The notes under the pieces: model-generated | What the model was told of the DNA's origin: nothing | The model's database searches: none | Seen by the model: the letters and a program-made list of their open reading frames with translations, nothing else | Assembly: GCF_000332335.1 (NCBI RefSeq) | Contig: NZ_KB235948.1 | Location: forward strand, 2,740,513 to 2,804,512 | Direction: 5' to 3' | From: Oscillatoria sp. PCC 10802 | Lineage (GTDB): Bacteria > Cyanobacteriota > Cyanobacteriia > Cyanobacteriales > Oscillatoriaceae | Length of the DNA: 64,000 nt | Part shown: piece after piece, positions 9,092 through 20,056 of the stretch | Layout of the letters: every line of letters begins with the position of its first letter | Position numbering within the stretch: the stretch's first letter is position 1 | Translations under genes and position numbers: made by a program

Positions 9092-9745
9092 TCAGCGAAG
9101 GGCAGAGGGGCACAAATCAGCGAGGGCGCAAGTCTGGCAGGCCGGCTTGCGGGCGTTACAGACGGCTCGCCCGTGGTAAATCAGCCGAATTGACCAATTT
9201 TCCCAGTCTTCTTGGGGGAGAAGCGGCATTAAGTCTCGCTCGACGCGCACCGGATCGTCGTGTTCAGTCAAGCCCAAGCGCTGGCTGAGGCGCTTGACGT
9301 GGGTGTCCACGGTGACGCCCTGATTGATGCCGAAGGCGTGGGCCATCACCACATTGGCGGTTTTTCTGGCCACTCCGGGCAATTCCAGCAGCTGTTCCAT
9401 CCGTTTGGGCACTTGACCGCCATATTTCTCAACAATCATCTGGCAAGCGCCCTGGATGTTTTTGGCCTTGTTGCGGTAGAAGCCGGTGGAGCGGATTAAG
9501 GTTTCCAGTTCTGCTAAACCGGCACCGGCAATGGCGGCGGCGTCGGGGAAGCGCGCGAAAAGTGCCGGTGTCACCTGATTCACCCGCTCATCTGTGCACT
9601 GGGCCGAGAGGATAGTGGCCACCAGCAGCTGCACCGGCGTCTCGTAGTTGAGCGTGCATGTGGCGTCTGGATACAGGCGCTTCAGGCGAATCAGGATTTC
9701 ATTAGCCCGCTGCTTTTTTGCAGACCATTTATCAGTGACGCTCAC
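9092..9745 (-). CDS. nth: endonuclease III (DNA-(apurinic or apyrimidinic site) lyase)
   Basis: HhH-GPD motif (VDTHVKRLSQRLGL) and the C-terminal 4Fe-4S Cys cluster CNARKPACQTCALADLC. Confidence 0.9.
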   Translation of the reverse strand: MSVTDKWSAKKQRANEILIRLKRLYPDATCTLNYETPVQLLVATILSAQCTDERVNQVTPALFARFPDAAAIAGAGLAELETLIRSTGFYRNKAKNIQGACQMIVEKYGGQVPKRMEQLLELPGVARKTANVVMAHAFGINQGVTVDTHVKRLSQRLGLTEHDDPVRVERDLMPLLPQEDWENWSIRLIYHGRAVCNARKPACQTCALADLCPSALR

Positions 9746-10836
9746 TGGAATAACTTCTGAATTGCCTCCAACTGGGTGGTGTCGCGGATGATCAAAAAGA
9801 TGCCCAACCCCAGCAGCAGCATTAATCCCGTCTGCATGACCCCGTCTTGAATGTGGGTGGGCAGGGGTTTGCCGCGCAGCCCTTCAATCAGCAGGAAGGC
9901 CAGCTGCCCGCCGTCCAGTGCCGGCAGGGGCAAGATATTGATAATCGCCAAGTTGACGCTGATAATCGCCGCAAACAGGAACAGGTTGCCGGTGTCACTT
10001 TGGGCGACTTTGGCACCTTCCTCTACAATTTTCACCGGCCCGGCGACCTGGCCGACGGTTTCTTTAAAGTGGGTGATCAGCTGGTAAAACCCCTGCACCG
10101 TGCCGACAACGATCGCCTGAAACCTGTCAGCGGCCAGGCTCAACACCTCGAAAGTGCTGTTGGCCCGCCGGTAGGTGGCCGTGCCGTTGGGAGCGAGCTG
10201 GACACCAATGCGACCTGTGCCGTCTGGTGCCGGTTGCGGCGTCACCCTCACGGACAGCTTGGCCTTGTTCCGCTCCAGGGTCAGTTCCAGAGGCCGGTCG
10301 GCATGGGATTGGATGGCTTCCTTCAGGACGGGGATGGCCTCTTTGGAGGAGCCCAGTTCCTTCCCGCCCACTGCTATAATAATGTCTCCTGATTTAATCC
10401 CCGCTCTAGCTGCAGCGGAGTCTTGCGAAACCACTTGGGGCACGAGAACCCCAGGCTGGTAGTTAAATCCCGCCGGCACGCCGTAAGTGCCGAACTGAGC
10501 GACTAGCACCAGATAGGCAAAGATTAAATTGGCAATCACCCCAGCGCTAATGACAATGGCTCGGTCTAGGATGGGCCGGTTGCGCAACAGATTGGGGTCA
10601 TTTTCAGGAATGTTGCTCTCCTCGGGATCGTCATCCGGGAAGCCGACAAAGCCACCCAGAGGGATCGCCCGAATCGCATACTCGGTTTCTGGCCCTTGAT
10701 ATTTCCACAGAATGGGGCCAAACCCGATAGAGAAGCGATTGACGTGAATTTTCTGCAGGCGAGCCGCCATGAAGTGGCCCAGTTCGTGTACCACAATCAA
10801 AAGCGCCAGAACCGCGATCGCTGCCAAAACTGACAT
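9742..10836 (-). CDS. rseP: RIP metalloprotease RseP (site-2 protease, M50 family with a PDZ domain)
   Basis: HELGHF zinc motif at the N-terminus. PDZ region. C-terminal LDGG motif. Confidence 0.85.
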   Translation of the reverse strand: MSVLAAIAVLALLIVVHELGHFMAARLQKIHVNRFSIGFGPILWKYQGPETEYAIRAIPLGGFVGFPDDDPEESNIPENDPNLLRNRPILDRAIVISAGVIANLIFAYLVLVAQFGTYGVPAGFNYQPGVLVPQVVSQDSAAARAGIKSGDIIIAVGGKELGSSKEAIPVLKEAIQSHADRPLELTLERNKAKLSVRVTPQPAPDGTGRIGVQLAPNGTATYRRANSTFEVLSLAADRFQAIVVGTVQGFYQLITHFKETVGQVAGPVKIVEEGAKVAQSDTGNLFLFAAIISVNLAIINILPLPALDGGQLAFLLIEGLRGKPLPTHIQDGVMQTGLMLLLGLGIFLIIRDTTQLEAIQKLFQ

Positions 10837-10997
10837 GTACTAATCCAGTGATACTACGCTATATGTGCTGCCGGCTCCCGCATTCGGGAACCTTTAATTA
10901 TTGTGACGTATTCTACGGTTCTGCGCCTGTTTCCAGTCCGGACAGACTAAAGAAGGGACTATAGCATATTAATGTTCTTTTGTCAAGGGATTTTTTT

Positions 10998-11036
10998 CTC
11001 GTTCCCAGGCTTCCCGTAAGGGTGCCTGGGAACGAG
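10998..11036. repeat. Hairpin fragment of repeat family R2 (CTCGTTCCCAGGC...GCCTGGGAACGAG), located just 3' of the serS stop.
   Basis: A 13-bp stem shared with the R2 copies at 30110, 37409, 43139 and 46761. Confidence 0.5.
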
Positions 11037-11055
11037 GGGAATTTCTTGACCGGCG

Positions 11056-12378
<1,323 letters not shown>

Positions 12379-12606
12379 TTACAAGGATTATCGTATCGCG
12401 CCTGCCGGCGGACCCTCACGCCCCGCTCGCTCAGGATGGGACGAGCCGGCAGGCAAGCCGGCTTCCGGGGCTCCCACGAGATAATAACCCATTTTGGGTT
12501 TATCCCGCATTGGGTTTTAGCATCGAATTCGCACATTAGTCAGCCAGAGGGACGCGCCCGCTATCGAAACCGAGGAAACCGTCGCGGCAAACAAGGCATC
12601 CGTCAA

Positions 12607-12855
12607 GTGACCAAATCTGTCTTTAGCGAGGAATACTACCGGTTTCGCCGCCTGCTTATCGAGGCTCGCCAAGCCGCTCAGCTCACCCAAGCCCAGCTTT
12701 CCGCCAAGCTTTCGCGTCCGCAGTCCTACGTTTCCAAGTATGAACGCGGCGAGCGCCGGCTAGATTTAATCGAGTTCTTGGAAGTGGCACAAGCCCTGGA
12801 GCTTGACCCGATAAGGTTCATCGAAAAATTGCTTAGAGAAAAAGAGGGTGAGTAG
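12607..12855 (+). CDS. XRE-family HTH protein. Probable controller (C) protein of the BglII-like R-M cassette. GTG start is inferred.
   Basis: HTH LTQAQLSAKLSRPQSYVSKYERGERR. Its stop lies 2 nt before the endonuclease ATG. The long ORF-track N-terminal extension is low-complexity and overlaps the serS promoter, so it is likely spurious. Confidence 0.5.
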   Translation: MTKSVFSEEYYRFRRLLIEARQAAQLTQAQLSAKLSRPQSYVSKYERGERRLDLIEFLEVAQALELDPIRFIEKLLREKEGE

Positions 12856-12857
12856 CC

Positions 12858-13520
12858 ATGCTCATTCAGTTTACAGATTTCAACAATGCCGATCTAGTCA
12901 TCAATACCCACTGCAACGCTGAATGGAATGATATTGAAAGCGTACTAACCGCCATGCCATTACACCTTAAAGCTTCCCGTCAGGCTGGGATTGAGGGAAA
13001 TCCAGTCTTTGACCCCGTAGGAACGAACCAATACATCAAAGCTGCCTTGGTCAAGATCGGGTGGCAATCTAACCTGCCGATTCCAGCACCATACAGATTT
13101 TTGGGCACAGACATTGACCTTGGCAAATCGGGTGTGCTTGTCGAGGTTCAGTTTTCCCACTAAGCGTTCCTGCCAAACAACACCTTACGCTCCGAGTTGT
13201 TTTTCAACGCTCAGACCCTACTAACAGGGCAGCCCACTAGGCTTGTGGTTCTGATTGCGAAAGCCCAGATGTTTCCGGCTTCCAACAGCAGTCTCTACTA
13301 CGAGACTGCCGTCCAGCAGCTGACAGCTTTAGCCGGTTATGCGTTCAAGGTGCCAATGAGAGTTGTAGGGTTATTCGAGCCAAAGAATACAACCGTACAA
13401 GTCAAATGCACTGTGTATGAGCAAGCTACCTCTCGAAAGATTGTAACTCAGGAAGACAGGCAATGTCAAATAATTGCGGGTCGTTCAGCACGCAGCCGCT
13501 GTCTTCTTCGCCTCCTGTGA
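12858..13520 (+). pseudogene. BglII-like type II restriction endonuclease, interrupted by an in-frame TAA at 13161..13163.
   Basis: Both halves (12858..13163 and 13197..13520) are in the same frame. The N-terminal half matches R.BglII (MPLH(L/V)KAS, FDPVGTNQYIK, FLGTDID.GK, LVEVQFS). The C-terminal half matches it too (ITKGHMFPASNSSLYYE-like: AKAQMFPASNSSLYYE). The stop replaces the Tyr of the BglII SNYPF segment. Confidence 0.7.
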
Positions 13521-13531
13521 GGAGTAATCGG

Positions 13532-14619
13532 TTAGAGCGACAAGTCGAGTTCCATTTGCTCCCCTATTTGAGCCGGCACCGGCTTTTTCTTTCCCTTGCC
13601 GTTGAGCTTAGCATCCACAGGACGCTCCTCCCCCCGAATACCAGCCCCAAAAGCCGCTTCCTCATACAGCAATCGCTCCTGCATCTCCTGCAAGTGGTAT
13701 TCTTCCGAGCAGATTTTTGCCTCACTCCGTTCTGTCGCTCTTTTTCCCACTTGCACGTCAAACCGGAATTTTTCGATTGGCTCGCCGGTCCGCCCCACAT
13801 AATCCCGCAGAGTTTTCAAATTGGGAAAACAGCCGCTCTCATCCGGCTCCCCACTCAGACGCCGCAGCGCAACTTGATGGTATCTCGGCTCCAGTTCCGC
13901 CCCCATGAAATGCCGCCCGAACTCTCTCGCCACAACCGCCACAGTGCCGGCTCCCATGTACGGGTCAAAAACCACCTCACCTTGATTCGTTGTCGCTAAA
14001 ATAATTCTAGCGACCAAATCTTCCGGAAATTGGCAGGGATGTATGGTTTGCTCCTCATGGTTGTGCTTGACGTTGCGAAACAGCCAGATGTCGCCAGGAT
14101 TTTTCCCGTCTGGGTTGCAGGATAGCTGCCCTTTGCGTTCGCCCCGGTAGTGCTTCTTGTTCTGGTACTTTTGCGGCACCCTGATAGCATCTAGGTTAAA
14201 GGTATAATCATCGGATTTGGTAAACCACAGCAGGGTTTCATGCCGGCAAGAGAATTTCTTTTGCGCGTGAAGTCCGTGCTGTCTCGCCCACACAATCCGG
14301 TTGCGGGAAGCCCACAAGATTCTAAAATAGGAAAGAAGCGAATGTCAAGGGTAATCAGCATCCCCCGGTCGGAAAAAGCCCCGACTTGCCAGAACAGCGA
14401 GCCGGTCTTTTTCAGAATGCGGCTGCACTCCCGCAGCACGGCTGTCTGTTCTTCCAGGTAAATCTCCAGCGCCTTCTTAGCTTCGTACTCTTTCCCCAGA
14501 TTGTACGGGGGCGAGGAGACAACCAAGTCAGCACATTCCGCCGGCAAGCCGGTCAGCAACTTCCGACAGTCCCCCAAGAAGATACTATTCAAGGGGAGAT
14601 TCTCTCTATTTCCTCTCAC
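13532..14619 (-). pseudogene. N4/N6 DNA methyltransferase (beta class; SPPY motif IV at the N-terminus, FDPYMGAGT motif I at the C-terminus), split by a frameshift near 14260..14320.
   Basis: Two overlapping ORFs in different frames (14191..14619 and 13532..14317) together make one canonical beta-class MTase. The C-terminal piece has no proper ATG. Confidence 0.7.
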
Positions 14620-14661
14620 TCAAACACCTGCCCACTACACTCCTGAAACTTGGTCGCACGC

Positions 14662-14697
14662 CAGAAACCGGGTTTCTTTTAGAAACCCGGTTTCTCC
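14662..14697. repeat. Double AGAAACCGGGTTTCT / AGAAACCCGGTTTCT palindrome (family R7).
   Basis: Read directly. Confidence 0.6.
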
Positions 14698-14784
14698 CCC
14701 AGCGGTAAAGAGAACATCTTAACACAAAATATGCTATCTGTCAACTGTGCTATCACTGATTTTTAGCCCCGCTGTTTTATGCGA

Positions 14785-14846
14785 GGGGGCGGGTTTATTC
14801 ATAGTCTGCCCTGTGCCAGAAATATCTTGGCTGAACCCGCCCCTAC
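14785..14846. mobile_element. Mini hairpin element, family R4 (GGGGGCGGGTTTAT ... AACCCGCCCCTAC). It overlaps the mntC stop.
   Basis: Inverted termini identical to 2824..2910 and 19163..19227. Confidence 0.55.
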
Positions 14847-15811
14847 TTATTAGGTGCAGCCACCGGCTCAAAGGGCACGCTCTTCCCGCCCAAAGCGTCC
14901 ACAATCGCCCGCGTATTCGCTACCATCATCTTAATATAAGAATCCCCCTCACTGCCGGCAGCGCCAATTGAGTCAGAATACAGCGGTTTCGGCGCTAATT
15001 TCACCGAAGCTTCCTCAGCCACAGTCTTAATCAGGGCTGGGTTAATCGTGGTTTCCGCAAAAATTGCCGGCACCCCCGCCGCCTTGACCGCCTCTACAAG
15101 TTTGCGCACGGTTTGAGCGCTAGGTTGCTCCTCGGTACTGATTCCTATCAAAGTTCCAACGACTTCCAGCCCATAAGCGCTTGCGTAATATTGAAACGCA
15201 TCGTGCGTGGTCACCAACCGGCGCTTGTCTGCAGGGAGAGTTTCCAGCTGCTGGCTTATCCAAGTGTCCAGCAGCATCAGTTCGCCGGTCAGTCGCGCCG
15301 CATTCTCGGTAAATTCCTCCCTATCTTCTGGCGACAGCTCAATTAAAGCATCCCGAATAGCACTCACCATCGCTATCGCATTTCCCACATCCCCCCAAAC
15401 GTGCGGATCTGGCACTTTTTCGCCTTTTTTTTCCATCTGCAGGGGCTTGACGGTTTCTCCCACCGGCACCTGACGCGCCCTCACCCCAGCAGCTTTCATC
15501 AATTTAATCAGTCCGGGTTCCAAATTGTAGCCATTATACAGAATTAGCTTTGCTTTTTCCAGGGCGATGCTGTCCGCCGGCACCGGCTCGTAAACATGGG
15601 GATCTGCGCCCGGTTTGAGAATGCCGGTGAGCTGAATCTCATCCCCCCCGACACGCTCAGCCAAGTCCTCGATGATGGTGCTCGTGGCCACCACACTGGG
15701 CTTGTCCGGCGATTCTGGACTGGTGCGGTTGGGTGCCGGTGGCGCACACCCGCTCAAAACCGCCAGCAGCAAGACAAAGCCCAGCTTCAGGGGGTGAGTT
15801 TCCAGCCTCAT
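14843..15811 (-). CDS. mntC: Metal (Mn/Zn) ABC transporter substrate-binding lipoprotein, TroA/ZnuA/MntC family.
   Basis: LSGC lipobox after a signal peptide at the inferred start 15811. Metal-binding His/Asp positions of the cluster-9 SBP family. The ORF-track 5' extension has no signal peptide and is likely spurious. Confidence 0.8.
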   Translation of the reverse strand: MRLETHPLKLGFVLLLAVLSGCAPPAPNRTSPESPDKPSVVATSTIIEDLAERVGGDEIQLTGILKPGADPHVYEPVPADSIALEKAKLILYNGYNLEPGLIKLMKAAGVRARQVPVGETVKPLQMEKKGEKVPDPHVWGDVGNAIAMVSAIRDALIELSPEDREEFTENAARLTGELMLLDTWISQQLETLPADKRRLVTTHDAFQYYASAYGLEVVGTLIGISTEEQPSAQTVRKLVEAVKAAGVPAIFAETTINPALIKTVAEEASVKLAPKPLYSDSIGAAGSEGDSYIKMMVANTRAIVDALGGKSVPFEPVAAPNK

Positions 15812-15847
15812 ACTTGGAGCGAGAAGCGTCAAGAACCCCACCCCCAA

Positions 15848-15874
15848 CCCCCTCCCCGCGAGCGGGGAGGGGGC
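15848..15874. repeat. GC hairpin CCCCCTCCCCGC-GAGC-GGGGAGGGGGC (family R8), in the mntC/mntA divergent intergenic region.
   Basis: Related hairpins at 28503..28530, 43229..43254 and 20758..20787. Confidence 0.5.
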
Positions 15875-16168
15875 TGTGTTGCTCGTCGTCGGGTGCGTTG
15901 CGCCGTCGGAAACGCACCCTGCAGCAGCAAGATCAGGCTCTGCCTCAGGGTGCCCATTCCCAGGCTCCATTTGGGAACGAGTCTTGCAAGGGGAGAGGAG
16001 ATTAGCTCCCCCAACCCTTTTAGCAAAGGGGGTTAGGGGGTTAGGTCTGCTGCTAGAGCTGTGAGCCATCACCATTGCCTATCTTTAGTATTATTCCCAC
16101 TTATAGATTTTTTCATATTTCTTTCATTTTTAGAGTACGCTGGAAAAAAGCCAACCCAAGAAGAGCCT

Positions 16169-16990
16169 ATGAACACCCTCAAGCTGTCGTCCAGTGCCGG
16201 TGAGCCAAGTCACCCCGAACCCCTTCGCAACCCGCACCCAGCCGGTCTTGAGAGAGGGGAGCCAGCGATTGCCGTCAGCCATCTAGGGGTGAAATACCGC
16301 AGCGTAGAGGCGCTGCGGGATGTCAGCGCCGTGGCCCACAGCGGCAGGCTCACCGGCATTATCGGGCCCAACGGTGCCGGGAAAAGCACCCTCCTGAAAG
16401 CCATGCTGGGATTAATTCCCACCAGCAGCGGACAGGTGCTGTGCGGCGGGAAACCGCTGTCTGAGCAGCTGGAGCGGGTGGCTTATGTGCCGCAGCGCTC
16501 GCAAATTGACTGGACCTACCCCGCCACTGTCTGGGATGTGGTGATGATGGGGCGGGTGAGGAAAACCGGCTGGTTCCGCCGCTTCAGTGCGTTGAGCCGG
16601 CGCACTGCCGCCGCAGCGCTAGAGCGCGTGGGCATGAGCGACTGCCGCCACCGGCGCATTGGCGAACTCTCTGGCGGACAGCAGCAGCGGGTATTTCTCG
16701 CTAGATCGCTGGCGCAGGAAGCGGATATCTTCTGCTTTGACGAGCCCTTTGCCGGCATTGACCAAAAAACCCAAAGCGTCATTTTCAACATTTTCCACGA
16801 ACTCGCCGCAGCCGGCAAAATCGTCCTAGTAGTCAACCACGACTTAGGAGAATCCATCACCCACTTTGACGACCTAATCTTACTCCATACAGAAATAATC
16901 GCCACCGGCCACCGGCAGCAAGTCCTAACACCAGAAAACCTTTACCGCGCCTACGGAGGTCAGGTCATGTTCTTTGACGACGCTGCATAA
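16169..16990 (+). CDS. mntA: Metal ABC transporter ATP-binding protein
   Basis: Walker A GPNGAGKST, LSGGQ signature, Walker B FDEP. Confidence 0.85.
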   Translation: MNTLKLSSSAGEPSHPEPLRNPHPAGLERGEPAIAVSHLGVKYRSVEALRDVSAVAHSGRLTGIIGPNGAGKSTLLKAMLGLIPTSSGQVLCGGKPLSEQLERVAYVPQRSQIDWTYPATVWDVVMMGRVRKTGWFRRFSALSRRTAAAALERVGMSDCRHRRIGELSGGQQQRVFLARSLAQEADIFCFDEPFAGIDQKTQSVIFNIFHELAAAGKIVLVVNHDLGESITHFDDLILLHTEIIATGHRQQVLTPENLYRAYGGQVMFFDDAA

Positions 16991-17175
16991 GAAAGCGTGT
17001 TTGTCAAGTATCTTTTCTCTCTTTATCTCTCATTCTCAGCCCGAAGCTGGGAATGAGAATTAACTCTGCGCCTCTGCGCCCTCTGCGGTAAAAAAATATT
17101 CCTCTTGCTTCTTGGCGTCCTTGGCGTCTTGGCGGTTCATTCTTAAGTTCATTCTTAAGCCAAAAAAACATTCCC

Positions 17176-18078
17176 ATGCTAGAATCCTTAATAGAGCCGC
17201 TGCAGTACGGCTTCATGCAGCGCTCACTGATCGTAGCCATCCTAGTCGGACTGATCTGCGCCGTCACCGGCAGCTACTTAATGGTGCAGAGACTGGCGCT
17301 CCTCGGTGACGCCATCAGCCACTCGGTACTTCCCGGATTAGCCATCGCCTTTCTCCTGGGAGCCAATATCTTCCTGGGCGCTTTCATTGCCGGTGTTCTC
17401 AGCACAATGGCGATTGCCTGGATACGAACGCGCTCGCCCATTAAAGAAGACGCGGCAATGGGGATTGTCTTTTCTGCCTTTTTCGCCCTGGGCATTACTT
17501 TAATTACCATTATCCAAAAAGACAACAAAATCGACCTGAATCACTTTTTGTTTGGCAACATTCTGGGGGTTACGGCTGAGGAAGTGCGCGACACCGGCAT
17601 GATTGCGGCGGTGGTGCTGCTCGTGGTGGTGCTGCTGTACAAAGAATTGCTGTTTTACACGTTTGACCCCACGGGAGCTCAGGCGGCGGGGCTGCCGGTG
17701 AACCTGCTCAATTTTGGCCTGATGGTGCTGATCGCTCTCACGGTTGTGGCGAGCATGAAAGCTGTCGGCGTCATCCTGGTCCTGTCGCTGCTGATCGCGC
17801 CGGGAGCGACTGCTTATCTGCTGGTTCCGCGCCTGCACCAGGTGATGGTTTTAGGTGCCGGTATTGGGATTTTTTCCAGCATTGCCGGCATGTACCTCAG
17901 CTATTTCTACAATCTTCCTTCCGGCCCCGCTATTGTATTAGTAGTGTCGGGATTATTTGTGCTGGCGCTGCTGTTCAGTCCCAGTCATGGAGTCTTCACC
18001 CACCGCAGGTCAGGTTCTGGGAATTCCCAGATTTGGCGGGAGCTGAAGGGTTTGATGCGGTGGCATTCCTCAAGGTAA
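17176..18078 (+). CDS. mntB: Metal ABC transporter permease (ABC-3 family)
   Basis: About 8 TM helices. ABC-3 permease signature region. Confidence 0.85.
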   Translation: MLESLIEPLQYGFMQRSLIVAILVGLICAVTGSYLMVQRLALLGDAISHSVLPGLAIAFLLGANIFLGAFIAGVLSTMAIAWIRTRSPIKEDAAMGIVFSAFFALGITLITIIQKDNKIDLNHFLFGNILGVTAEEVRDTGMIAAVVLLVVVLLYKELLFYTFDPTGAQAAGLPVNLLNFGLMVLIALTVVASMKAVGVILVLSLLIAPGATAYLLVPRLHQVMVLGAGIGIFSSIAGMYLSYFYNLPSGPAIVLVVSGLFVLALLFSPSHGVFTHRRSGSGNSQIWRELKGLMRWHSSR

Positions 18079-18105
18079 TAGGTTGGGCGGACGCCCAACC
18101 CTGTT

Positions 18106-18876
18106 TTATGCTTTTTTCACGGCTTTCTTTCTTTGCAAAGCTATCCCACCCAGTACCCCAGCTAGACCTAGCATGGTGCTGGGTTCCGGTACTGGCTTCG
18201 GATCGTAGTCGTAGGTAATGTTGAGATCCGCTTTGGCAAATGTGTCGATAAAAGAGTTGATGTTGCCCGGTCCTGTAACCGCTGATTGAGCTGTAGCGGT
18301 GAACAAAAAGTCGAGCATGCCACTGCCGGTGAACCACTGCAAGATGCTGGCATCGGTGAAAACTTGCGTTCCGGATGTTTCGGCTGTCAGTCCTTCAAAC
18401 GTCCGCCCACTCGCGCCGGCGTAATCTAGTCTGCCATCGTATCGAGCGACACTGTAAGTGACATTCTTTTGCGGGTTTAACTCAAACAGATTCGCACTAT
18501 TTTGCCCACTCAATGAAAGCAAACCGCTGAGATTCACTGACACTGCTCTCGCTGTGGCTGAGCGGTTTTCAAAGGCCCCCTGTCCCTTCAGGCTGCCGGT
18601 AAATGACAGCGTTACACTCTTGAGCGTGCCCAGAGCGGAGTCGAACTTTTCGATGCTGATAGGCGCTTCGATATCTGTGAGGCCATACCCCTGACTCAGG
18701 TAAGGGTCAGGCACGTAATCTCTGTCAAAATCAGTCTGTTGATACGAAGCCGAACGCGAGAGGCTCGCCGCGTTAGCGATGCCGGCAGTAGATACAATCC
18801 CTGTGAACAGGGTTGCGGCGGCAATCCCCGTTAAACCTTGCACTTTCATTGAATAAGCCCAGTTTATAGTTATCAT
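18106..18876 (-). CDS. PEP-CTERM sorting-domain secreted protein
   Basis: C-terminal VPEPSTMLGLAGVLGGIAL-QRKKAVKK (PEP-CTERM, TM helix, basic tail). N-terminal signal peptide. Confidence 0.7.
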   Translation of the reverse strand: MITINWAYSMKVQGLTGIAAATLFTGIVSTAGIANAASLSRSASYQQTDFDRDYVPDPYLSQGYGLTDIEAPISIEKFDSALGTLKSVTLSFTGSLKGQGAFENRSATARAVSVNLSGLLSLSGQNSANLFELNPQKNVTYSVARYDGRLDYAGASGRTFEGLTAETSGTQVFTDASILQWFTGSGMLDFLFTATAQSAVTGPGNINSFIDTFAKADLNITYDYDPKPVPEPSTMLGLAGVLGGIALQRKKAVKKA

Positions 18877-19118
18877 TGCATTTGGCTATGATTTGGCAAT
18901 CAATCTCTGGGAGAGTCAGAATATTCTATGCGGTTTCACAGCCCACCCATATCACTACTATAAGGACGGGTAGCCTTGATTTCAAGCGTTTTAATTTAAA
19001 GATTTGGTAAAGTTAGCCCAGCTCTCCTGGGAATTTTTAGGGTTTATAGGCTGGAAGCCAATCTTTACAAGCCTTTGGGCGATCTCAGCTTTGCCCGCTG
19101 GCCAGTTCCCCCAGTCGT

Positions 19119-19288
19119 TATAGCAGTAGGCACTTAGGTTAGGACAAGGGGTTTAAGATGATGTAGGGGCGGGAACACCGACAAAGAGTGCCACACAGCT
19201 ACAACACTGATAAACCCGCCCCTAACCTCTGATATAGCAGCCGGCAATTGGGCCATAGCGTGTCCTAACCAATATGACTGCTGCTATA
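19119..19288. mobile_element. MITE-like element family R3, copy B, carrying a nested R4 hairpin element at 19163..19227.
   Basis: TIRs TATAGCAGTAGGCACTTAGGTTAGGAC ... GTCCTAACC..CTGCTGCTATA. The internal insert has GTAGGGGCGGG...CCCGCCCCTA termini. Confidence 0.6.
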
Positions 19289-19392
19289 AAGGCCAAGACC
19301 GGCGCGGGCCTGCGGGGCCGCGCAGATGGCCCGAGTTGCGCTAGCATAACAAAAGTTAACATTCCGCTCAGGATGAGTTGCAGCTACCCGCG

Positions 19393-19854
19393 ATGACAGT
19401 CAAAATAGGAGACAGCGCCCCCGATTTCACCCTGCCGTCCCAGAGCGGCGAGCCGGTCAGCCTCAAGGATTTCCGGGGCAAAAAGGCCGTGGTCCTGTAT
19501 TTTTACCCAAAAGACGACACGCCGGGATGTACGGCGGAGTCTTGCGCCTTCCGGGACAGTTACGAAACGTTCACGGATGCCGGTGCTGAGGTGATAGGCA
19601 TCAGCGGCGACTCACCGGCGTCGCACCAGCAATTTGCTGCCAAGTACAAGTTGCCGTTTACCCTGTTGAGCGACACCGGCAACGAGGTGCGGAAGCTGTA
19701 CGGAGTGCCGGCGGCGGCTTTCGGCTTGCTTCCCGGGAGAGTGACCTATGTCATTGACCGGGAGGGAGTTGTCCAGCACATCTTTAACTCGATGATGAAC
19801 TTCAGCGCTCACGTTCAGGAGTCGCTGAAAACCCTGCAAGCGCTAAAAAACTAG
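19393..19854 (+). CDS. bcp: Thioredoxin-dependent peroxiredoxin Bcp/PrxQ
   Basis: FYPKDDTPGCT peroxidatic Cys motif and a resolving Cys 5 residues later. Confidence 0.85.
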   Translation: MTVKIGDSAPDFTLPSQSGEPVSLKDFRGKKAVVLYFYPKDDTPGCTAESCAFRDSYETFTDAGAEVIGISGDSPASHQQFAAKYKLPFTLLSDTGNEVRKLYGVPAAAFGLLPGRVTYVIDREGVVQHIFNSMMNFSAHVQESLKTLQALKN

Positions 19855-19997
19855 CAGCCAAGCGGCATGTAGGAAAAACCAAACCCCCCTCTCCCGCCGT
19901 CCCGGTGTGGGGAAGGGGGCTGGGGGGTGGGGCTATACCAAGTTGGCATAAATAGTATTTTTTGGGGGATCTGAAAAGGGTTTACAGCAGCCTTTTT

Positions 19998-20030
19998 CAA
20001 TCCAAAATCCAAAATCCAAAATCCAAAATT
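19998..20030. repeat. (AAAATCC)x4.5 heptanucleotide tandem repeat (family R6).
   Basis: Read directly. Confidence 0.7.
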
Positions 20031-20056
20031 GGTATTAACTGCCGGTTGGGCTTAGC

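Noticed and set aside
10998-11036. Hairpin 3' of serS as a rho-independent terminator
   Set aside because: The tract following the hairpin in the serS transcript direction is A-rich, not U-rich. I scored it as a repeat-family hairpin instead.
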